Shown piece by piece: positions 56,973 through 64,000 of a DNA stretch of 64,000 nt. The notes under the pieces were generated by a model that saw nothing but the letters and a program-made list of their open reading frames with translations, was not told the origin of the DNA and searched no databases. The first letter of the stretch is position 1. The number at the start of each line of letters is the position of its first letter. The DNA is from Candidatus Omnitrophota bacterium (lineage in GTDB: Bacteria; Omnitrophota; Gorgyraeia; JAHJTE01). A program made the position numbers and the translations under genes. The stretch spans positions 199,674 through 263,673 of the forward strand of contig JAHJTE010000003.1 in the NCBI GenBank assembly GCA_018830005.1, in the 5' to 3' direction.

Positions 56973-59309
56973 CTATCTCCAATATCTCTGCAGCGTGAAA
57001 TAACTCTTACGAAGCTGTCTTAAAAATGGGCTCATCGAACCATCACCCTGAGAGACGAGACCTAACCACTCCTCATACATAAGACCATCCGGAAACGGAC
57101 CTGTAAACAACCCCTTTATATCATGAACACCTGGCTCGTAAGCCTTCCACCATTCATCAGCCCATTCGAATACAACGCCGCCTAAGGCATTTCCGTAACC
57201 ATGTTTACGAAATGCAGCGTTACTCATTATATCGTGCCAACAGCCCTCTAGATAATGAGCCTGCGAGGTCTGCGCGTCTTGCAGATTTCTCGCATAGGCC
57301 GGACAACCAAATTCAGTAATAAATGCCGGCTTGTCGGCTTCAAAGAATACTGATTGCCAAAAATCTGCAAATCCAAAACTTCCCCGATAAGCATTTGCCG
57401 CAAAGATATCTACGTTAGGGCAACTTTGTGTAAATATATCTAAAAATAGTGTATCTCCGTTGACCAAAGCAATGGGACGCTCGGAATCAATCTTTTTAAT
57501 CTCACTAGCTACTTTATCGCAGAATTTATAGAAGGCCTCGGGTTTTTTATCCGCATTACAAGCCACCCCATAATTATTCTCATTTCCTAAAAGCCACATT
57601 AATATATAAGGCTCGTCTTTAAATTCTTTAACCATCTTAAGTGCTGAATCAAGCATATTCTTTTGATGTTCGCTATTTTCATAATCAGTGCCCTCGAACC
57701 AGCTTGCCCCTGAACCTATGGCATATTTTCCAAGAAAATCTCCCATCATCACCATAATCCCAAATTCGTCATAAAGCTTACGTAGCAATTTCTTATCAAT
57801 AGCAAACGGTTGATGATAGACCCTTATAGTATTAACTCCCATATTTTTCATTAACTGAAAATCCCCTATTGGGAATTCATCTTTATCCTGTATATTATTA
57901 TTATTTTTGTCAACGAAGGCATCGTAAGGGCCGTCAATTAAGCCATTATTGTTATAGTCATACTCCATCCAGTTAACAAGCGTACCATCATCTGGGCTTT
58001 GCCCAACCTTTGTTGGCGTATATGATATACCTTTAATCATGAACGGCTTACCCTCTACATACAAGCGCCAATGCCCATTGTCAAATTGAACTAACTTTAT
58101 CTTTTCCCCGCCAATTTTTTTAGTGACCTTAACCGTCAACCTCTCTCTCTTATCTTTCAATCCAACTTTCTCAAACAGGCCGATTCGTTTTAATTTGCCT
58201 GGGTTAGTTATTACTTTATCATTGCTGATATCTTTATCAAATCCATTGATGACTCTTATCATCGCATCCTCGAGTTTTATGCCAACATTTGGATGGCGAA
58301 AACTCAAATATTTGATTTTGGAAATTGCAACTGGCCCAACATACCAAGGTGTCTTCCAATAGGTCCAACCGTAACTGCCAGGGAAATGAACCACTATTGC
58401 ATAATAAGCCTTAATAGCATTTTCGATTAATCCAGCCCGCTCCAGGGCAAGTGCTGTATAAAAAAGCCTTACTCCCTCTAGCTCTGAGGCAATTGCCCAT
58501 TTATAGAAATTTGCTTCTAAATCCGGAGTGTATAAAAAATCCCAATGGCTACCTAATAATCTACCCTCTTTTAAGGCCTTTCTGAAATTAGGGTCCCAGC
58601 GAACGCTGGTAGTATTAGGATATATCCCTTCGCCTATTGCAGCTGCCAATCCTTCTTGATCAGTAACCTCATATTTATAATCTTCAGTTCCGATACCTGA
58701 AAATTTACCATATTTTCCATAGTCAACTATTTTTTCCGCTCCAGCATCATAAAGAGTTAATTGCGTAGCTGCCCTGTCCGTTAGCTCTTCTTCTCTTGAT
58801 TCCTCCTTAACCTCCGGCTTCCCTTTCTCTATTAATTTTATCTTATCCAGAATTGCCTGTGCCTTCTCTTCAACCGACCAAAACCAGCCGCGGGGATCCC
58901 AAGCCTGAGCAAACGAATAATCCTGAATTATCTGCCCTAGATCCTGCTTGGCTTTATTATATTGACCGACTTTAAAATATGCCTCGCCTCGAACAAATAA
59001 ACAAGTTGCCACATCGTTTAAAGCAACGTATTCTCCGGCCTTGTCTCTTCCGGCTAAACACTTTAAACTAACTTGCTCTGCCTTAGCTGCTTGGGCATAA
59101 TGCTCAATACATCCTTGAGTGATTTTATCTAACGCCTCTAAATCCTTTTCGCTAGATGCATTCCAGGCTTTTCGCACATACTCTCCAGAGGATAACATCT
59201 CCTCTGCAGCTAAAGTAGAGGGCAGAGAGTAGAAAGTCGCAAGAAAAAACAAAAGAAACAAAATTAAATTTTTTATTTTTGATTTTTTATTTTTGATATT
59301 TATCATCAT
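56973..59309 (-). CDS. Secreted TPR-like helical domain plus clan GH-A glycosidase (GH2-TIM/GH158-like)
   Basis: Signal peptide, helical N-domain (LNDVATCLF..GE, AQAWDPRGWFW), LGNENNYG, ITEFG, FEWADEWWK. Confidence 0.8.
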   Translation of the reverse strand: MMINIKNKKSKIKNLILFLLFFLATFYSLPSTLAAEEMLSSGEYVRKAWNASSEKDLEALDKITQGCIEHYAQAAKAEQVSLKCLAGRDKAGEYVALNDVATCLFVRGEAYFKVGQYNKAKQDLGQIIQDYSFAQAWDPRGWFWSVEEKAQAILDKIKLIEKGKPEVKEESREEELTDRAATQLTLYDAGAEKIVDYGKYGKFSGIGTEDYKYEVTDQEGLAAAIGEGIYPNTTSVRWDPNFRKALKEGRLLGSHWDFLYTPDLEANFYKWAIASELEGVRLFYTALALERAGLIENAIKAYYAIVVHFPGSYGWTYWKTPWYVGPVAISKIKYLSFRHPNVGIKLEDAMIRVINGFDKDISNDKVITNPGKLKRIGLFEKVGLKDKRERLTVKVTKKIGGEKIKLVQFDNGHWRLYVEGKPFMIKGISYTPTKVGQSPDDGTLVNWMEYDYNNNGLIDGPYDAFVDKNNNNIQDKDEFPIGDFQLMKNMGVNTIRVYHQPFAIDKKLLRKLYDEFGIMVMMGDFLGKYAIGSGASWFEGTDYENSEHQKNMLDSALKMVKEFKDEPYILMWLLGNENNYGVACNADKKPEAFYKFCDKVASEIKKIDSERPIALVNGDTLFLDIFTQSCPNVDIFAANAYRGSFGFADFWQSVFFEADKPAFITEFGCPAYARNLQDAQTSQAHYLEGCWHDIMSNAAFRKHGYGNALGGVVFEWADEWWKAYEPGVHDIKGLFTGPFPDGLMYEEWLGLVSQGDGSMSPFLRQLRKSYFTLQRYWR

Positions 59310-59380
59310 CCTACCAGCGCCCCCCCCAGTAATATCCTTGATAATAAGTTTGACATCAACTTATTTTGGACGTTTCATAT

Positions 59381-60847
59381 CTAACCCTGCTCCTGTCTTT
59401 CTCCTCTTCGCCTTTCCACCTGCGCACGAATTTCATAGGCCTTATCTTCGGTGATTGAGAAATTCTTAATGACGAAAATAGCCGCTATAGAGGTCACAAT
59501 TGGAATACCGATATCGCACAAGCGCATATTCAACAACGTCCGCGCTGATTGGCCGAGACCTAATGCAACATTGAAGCCGGTTAGATTCAAGAGGACTCCG
59601 GATATAGCCGATGAAAGTGCGACTCCCACCTTTACCATCCACCAGTAAATAGCCCCAAACATACCTTCTCTACGCGTGTTGGTGGTAAGTTCGTCAAGGT
59701 CGCAAACATCTGCGACCATAGAGTTGACTAAGGTGAAAAGTGACCCCAGGCCGAATCCCATGAATGGAGCAGCGATCAACAGTAAGTACGGATGCTCGGG
59801 GCTATACCCAATCCATTTCAAAGCATAACCAATGATTGAAAGCGGAATAGTGATAAAAAATGTGTTTCTCTTCCCAAACTTCCTTGACAGCCGTGTGGTC
59901 ACGTAAATGGCACCCATAGTACAAATAGCGCTGAATGTTCCAAAACAACCAAGCAATAAACCACCTTTTGCATAAGCTTGATCAAGAACAGGAGCATTCT
60001 TAAAGACATAGAAGAAAACAATATAGAGAGTAAAAGCTGACGCGCACATGAATCCGCCAAAAATCAGCAAGGTGAATATGCACAGCTTGCGAAATGGTTT
60101 ACATTTAAGAGTGATGAAACCCCCGCCAAAGAATTTTTTCATCACATTCAAAGGACCCTTGATATTAGGCTTTGGTAAGTTGTGGAAGTATTCTTTATTA
60201 AAGATAGCTGGAACTATACCACACACAATGATAACGGTACCAATGATAATGGCCAAAACACGTCCGCCATAAACGATATCCGGGAACCAGTTCCGGTTGT
60301 GCATAATAGCCCAGCACCAAGGAGCGATGAGCCAAGGCAATTGACCGACAACATTGCTGGCCCCCTGCAGGCGTGTCCTCTCGTGATAATCAGGGGTCAT
60401 TTCATAGCCAAGGGCGATCCAGGGGATGGAAAAACATGTAAATCCGATAAAATAAAGGGCCTGGATTATTCCGAAATACGAGATATAGAAAAGTTCGCTA
60501 TGCCCTTTATGGAGTTGAAACATAAAGGCGTAACAAATCCCCCCGGTAATCGCACCAAATAATATAAGCGGCCTACGGCGCCCCCAACGAGTCCGCAGAT
60601 TATCAGAAATGAAGCCGGTTATAGGATCTGATATGGCATCAACGATACGGGGAATGGCTCCGACCAAGCCCACTAAAGCGGGATTCACGCCTAACCCAAG
60701 GTTTAGAACAATTACCATCTGTGTAATAAAAGCAGCTTGAGAAGTATTCGCAAATGCCCCTATACTATATGCGGCTTTTTGAAAAAGAGTGATGCGATCT
60801 TTGAGGGCTGTGACATGGTGTTTAGGTTGACCAGCTGATTGTTTCAT
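59381..60847 (-). CDS. MFS glycoside-pentoside-hexuronide (GPH) transporter
   Basis: DAISDP..G..SD..RTRWGRRRP, EMTPDYHERT, SMVADVCD.DEL....RREG. Confidence 0.9.
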   Translation of the reverse strand: MKQSAGQPKHHVTALKDRITLFQKAAYSIGAFANTSQAAFITQMVIVLNLGLGVNPALVGLVGAIPRIVDAISDPITGFISDNLRTRWGRRRPLILFGAITGGICYAFMFQLHKGHSELFYISYFGIIQALYFIGFTCFSIPWIALGYEMTPDYHERTRLQGASNVVGQLPWLIAPWCWAIMHNRNWFPDIVYGGRVLAIIIGTVIIVCGIVPAIFNKEYFHNLPKPNIKGPLNVMKKFFGGGFITLKCKPFRKLCIFTLLIFGGFMCASAFTLYIVFFYVFKNAPVLDQAYAKGGLLLGCFGTFSAICTMGAIYVTTRLSRKFGKRNTFFITIPLSIIGYALKWIGYSPEHPYLLLIAAPFMGFGLGSLFTLVNSMVADVCDLDELTTNTRREGMFGAIYWWMVKVGVALSSAISGVLLNLTGFNVALGLGQSARTLLNMRLCDIGIPIVTSIAAIFVIKNFSITEDKAYEIRAQVERRRGERQEQG

Positions 60848-60880
60848 TAATCGATCTCCGTTTTTTTAATCAAATTAATG

Positions 60881-60919
60881 CTTGCCTAGGGCTGCCCTAG
60901 AGGCGAGCCGGCAGGCAAG
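60881..60919. repeat. GC-rich REP-like palindrome
   Basis: CTTGCCT-AGGGCTGCCCT...GCCGGC-AGGCAAG nested inverted repeats in an AT-rich spacer. Confidence 0.55.
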
Positions 60920-60976
60920 GATAAATATGGTAATTATAAAAATTAATCTTGGCGTAAGTAAGCTTAAACACCTTTT

Positions 60977-61816
60977 TTATGGAAATGCCACCCGAGAAGT
61001 TACTCCCTTGACAATATACTTCTGCATCAACAGGTATAAGACAATTATAGGTAGGGCCGCTATAGTAAGCCCTGCCATCAAAAGTGGGTAATTAGTCAGG
61101 AACTCTCCCCGAAAAATCATCAACCCCCGTTGAAGAGGCATCAGGTCTTTACTATTAAATATTATCAAAGCCAGTACATATTCGTTCCAAACATTCAGGG
61201 CGTTAAAAATCACCACCACCGCAAGCGCCGGCTTGGCAAAGGGCAGAGCCACATGTCTATAAATCCCCAATCTGTTGCAGCCGTCAATTCTGGCGGCATC
61301 CTCTAACTCTTTAGGTATCTTATCGAAATACGTCTTAAGCAAAAATATGCTAAAAGACAGCCCCACGTTAATAAGGCATAAAACATACCCTAGCCGCGTA
61401 TTGACCAAATGAAGTTTCACCATAAGCACATATAAAGGAACGAAACTACCAGGCAGCGGTATCATCATCGCGGCAAGAAACATGATAAAGAATGCGTTTC
61501 TTCCGGGAAATTTCAATCGCGAAAACGCAAATGCTGCCAGCGATGATACTAAAACTATGCCGAATACTACAGTAGAGGTATATATTAAGCTATTAAAGAA
61601 ATACCTACCGAAATTCCCCTCTCTCCAGGCCGTGACATAATTCTCGAAATGCGGCTGGGCAGGAATTATGCTCATGTCAGAAAAAACCGTGCCTTGAGTC
61701 TTTAACGAAGAACCAAACATCCATAATAGAGGGAAAAGACAGGTAATCGACACTGAAATCAATAAAAGATGAACTAGGATGTTTGTGGTGGTTTTCTTTA
61801 CCCTAAAAATCATCAT
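60977..61816 (-). CDS. Carbohydrate ABC transporter permease (MalG-like)
   Basis: Start moved to the TAATG overlap at 61816; AAFAFSR..FPG, ELEDAARIDG, WNEY. Confidence 0.92.
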   Translation of the reverse strand: MMIFRVKKTTTNILVHLLLISVSITCLFPLLWMFGSSLKTQGTVFSDMSIIPAQPHFENYVTAWREGNFGRYFFNSLIYTSTVVFGIVLVSSLAAFAFSRLKFPGRNAFFIMFLAAMMIPLPGSFVPLYVLMVKLHLVNTRLGYVLCLINVGLSFSIFLLKTYFDKIPKELEDAARIDGCNRLGIYRHVALPFAKPALAVVVIFNALNVWNEYVLALIIFNSKDLMPLQRGLMIFRGEFLTNYPLLMAGLTIAALPIIVLYLLMQKYIVKGVTSRVAFP

Positions 61817-62889
61817 TATGCCTGCCTCATATTTTGCGAGACCCTCTTCTGTATAAAGGAAATTGCCAGGAGGATTGCGCCGAATATTATACTCTGTGAA
61901 CAAGCATACCCAAATCTAGAAGAGCCTATCATAGAATTTAGTATTCTAGTCACCGGCACCACGGTATGGAATACTGGGCCACCGTCGGTCATGGTAAGTA
62001 TTAAAACAAACGACTGCATAGAGCCTAAAACCGTCAGTATCGCCACGAGCACGAATACGGGGATCATCAAAGGCACGGTAATACCTTTAAATACCTGCCA
62101 ACTATTCGCTCCTTCAACACGTGCAGCTTCATAAAACTCGTGTGGTATAGTCTGCAATCCAGCAAGTAGAATAACAAATCCCCAGCCAAAACCTTTCCAG
62201 CTATGTACTATCGCCACACAGGTAAGAGCGGTCTTGGGATCGGACAGCCAAGACCTGGCTAGATTAGGAAAGCCTATTGCGTAAAGCCAGTGATTCAGCA
62301 ATCCATAATCTCCGTCATACAACCACTGCCATACCAGACCCACGACGACCGCGGATAATACCGGAGGTATAAAAAATATTATCCTGTAGAAATTCCCTGC
62401 CTTCATTTGTCTATCGCAGGCTAATGCCAGAATCAAAGCCAGGGCATTCTGGAAAGTTAATGCGATAAAGGTAATATAACCGGCATTAAACATCGACTGC
62501 CACCAGACTTTATCTTTCATGACCTCTATAAAATTATATAAACCTACAAATTTCATTGTGGGTAATATTCCATCCCAGTTATAATGACCCAGTTGTAAAA
62601 CTTTTATAAAAGGATAAATATAAAATATCGAAAAAATTGCTAAGGCAGGAACTATAAAAAGAAAACTCCTGAATTGACGTACTAGAATAATTTTAGTAAT
62701 CAGGCCAATTAGAGCCGAGACTACCAATAATATTATGATAGGAGATATGAATCTAAGGTTGTGGGATTTTTGATAAATTAATTCTGCTAAAGAGACAGAC
62801 AAGATAACTATGATTGATGTTGCTAAACCTTTTCTAAACCCCTTAAGCGCCCTATACCAATCATAGATATTTTTAAATAATATCATCAA
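61816..62889 (-). CDS. Carbohydrate ABC transporter permease (MalF/UgpA-like)
   Basis: FVGLYNF, R.IFFIP, LAGLQTIP.EFYEAA.VEGA, T.GGP. Confidence 0.92.
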   Translation of the reverse strand: MMILFKNIYDWYRALKGFRKGLATSIIVILSVSLAELIYQKSHNLRFISPIIILLVVSALIGLITKIILVRQFRSFLFIVPALAIFSIFYIYPFIKVLQLGHYNWDGILPTMKFVGLYNFIEVMKDKVWWQSMFNAGYITFIALTFQNALALILALACDRQMKAGNFYRIIFFIPPVLSAVVVGLVWQWLYDGDYGLLNHWLYAIGFPNLARSWLSDPKTALTCVAIVHSWKGFGWGFVILLAGLQTIPHEFYEAARVEGANSWQVFKGITVPLMIPVFVLVAILTVLGSMQSFVLILTMTDGGPVFHTVVPVTRILNSMIGSSRFGYACSQSIIFGAILLAISFIQKRVSQNMRQA

Positions 62890-62897
62890 TCGTTTAA

Positions 62898-64000
62898 TTA
62901 GAAGCTCTCCTGGGACTCTTTCTCTTTTATAGCCTGCAATTCTTGCGCTAAGCTTTCAGGAGTTTTTTCTTTAATCAATATTGACTGAATGCCTTTTCCC
63001 AGTGCCTCGATGACAGCTGGAGACTCAGTCACTGGCCAAATGCCAGGATTAGTGGTGCTATCCATATCATCTGCAAACTGAGCCAAAATCTTGGGGATTT
63101 TGGCAAGCGCAAATTTGTTGGAAGGTAAGTTTTTAGTCTCACTCGATAAATATACCTGTTGGTCTTTATCTGTTAACCATTTTAAAAACTTTATTGTCTC
63201 TAGTTTCTTACTAGATCTATCATTTACAAGAAATGAGAATGAAGAACCTCCGCCCCAAATATACATAGGATTTTTTCCATTTACTTTTGGTGGCAAGAAT
63301 GCAGCATACTCTAGGCGGGGATTCATGCCATCATAAACATTAACACACCATGAACCATTAAATGCAAATGCCGCTCTTTCATTAGCAAATGTCTGCTCAG
63401 CGACTTTATTTTTCATTATGACGATTCCGGATGCTAAGGCATCTTTATCTACTAGTTCTTTAAATAATGAAAAGACTTTAATCCATTCAGGATCAGTATA
63501 AGGTAGGTCTCCTTTTAAAGTAGCGATAACCTTATCTTCTCCCATAATATTAAATGCATAATTGGACGCAAAGCAATCAATCATCCAAATCTCTCCCCAC
63601 CCCGAGACCAAGCCTGGCACACCAACTTTTTTTAGCTTTTGGATATCGTCAATAAATTCCTCCCAGTTTGAGGGTGGTCTCTCTGGATCAAGCCTTGCCT
63701 TCTTAAATAATTTTTTATTGTAAAGCATCTGGATATTCATTATATCAATAGGGGCACCATAGATGCCTGGCAATATGGCATAGGTATTATTCTCCTTGAA
63801 TTCCACCACCTCTAGAGCTTTAGAAAAGAAACATTCTTTCCAAAGGCCATTTTCCTCATTCATAGCCTCACTTAAATCTGCTACCTGGCCACTTTTTATA
63901 AATGCCGCAAAATCTCTCTTTTCACCCAGAAGTCCGTATATATCTGGCAAGGTTCTTCCTTGGGCAGCAGCGCGCACCTTTTGGCTATAGACATCAGAAG
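62898..64000 (-). CDS. Carbohydrate ABC transporter substrate-binding protein (5' end beyond window)
   Basis: LPDI, YNK.LF..A.LDP..PP.NWEEF, F....AAF...GSW, FLKWLT; frame is open to the window edge. Confidence 0.9.
   Translation of the reverse strand, partial: SDVYSQKVRAAAQGRTLPDIYGLLGEKRDFAAFIKSGQVADLSEAMNEENGLWKECFFSKALEVVEFKENNTYAILPGIYGAPIDIMNIQMLYNKKLFKKARLDPERPPSNWEEFIDDIQKLKKVGVPGLVSGWGEIWMIDCFASNYAFNIMGEDKVIATLKGDLPYTDPEWIKVFSLFKELVDKDALASGIVIMKNKVAEQTFANERAAFAFNGSWCVNVYDGMNPRLEYAAFLPPKVNGKNPMYIWGGGSSFSFLVNDRSSKKLETIKFLKWLTDKDQQVYLSSETKNLPSNKFALAKIPKILAQFADDMDSTTNPGIWPVTESPAVIEALGKGIQSILIKEKTPESLAQELQAIKEKESQESF

Noticed and set aside
234-63990. All plus-strand ORFs in the track (60-157 aa)
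   Set aside because: They are almost all antisense shadows of well-supported minus-strand genes, tRNAs or repeats, and none has recognisable motifs.
1-64000. CRISPR array, integrase, transposase, prophage genes, inteins in dnaB/nrdJ/rtcB, tRNA introns
   Set aside because: No regularly spaced direct repeats were seen, no ORF has recombinase or phage motifs, and protein and tRNA lengths are normal.

Overview
An AT-rich bacterial chromosome segment in which every credible gene lies on the minus strand. The organism is a diderm that makes lipid A. Its gene content (LpxC-FabZ fusion, zinc-ribbon SpoVG, archease-RtcB, ApgM, GT-C/TPR membrane proteins) suggests Ca. Omnitrophota or a related PVC-type lineage; this is inference. 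Read in transcription order (right to left): (1) a sugar locus with an ABC transporter, an MFS transporter, two clan GH-A glycosidases, a tandem CBM-like protein, and ROK and LacI regulators; (2) nrdJ with tandem NrdR boxes, then apgM, mnmG, a QueG-like protein, hisG and an unannotated bS22-like ORF; (3) a housekeeping superoperon tkt-ispE-spoVG-tRNA-Gln-glmU-prs-rplY-pth-rpsF-ssb-rpsR-rplI-dnaB-bamA-skp-lpxD-lpxC/fabZ-lpxA-lpxI; (4) a tRNA-Lys-archease-rtcB-serS unit followed by all four tRNA-Ser isoacceptors, tRNA-Arg(ACG) and tadA, interrupted by accessory blocks. The largest block (about 7.2-19.9 kb) holds ion-transport and envelope genes, a candidate Na+ riboswitch, and an ArsR-linked GT4/kinase/two-ATP-grasp/diguanylate cyclase/MarC cluster that matches no pathway I recognise. 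That cluster is the best candidate for an undescribed system. Several small palindromic REP-like elements occur, one apparently inserted in-frame in ispE. I saw no CRISPR array, rRNA, integrase or transposase. All calls come from reading motifs by eye; no searches were run.
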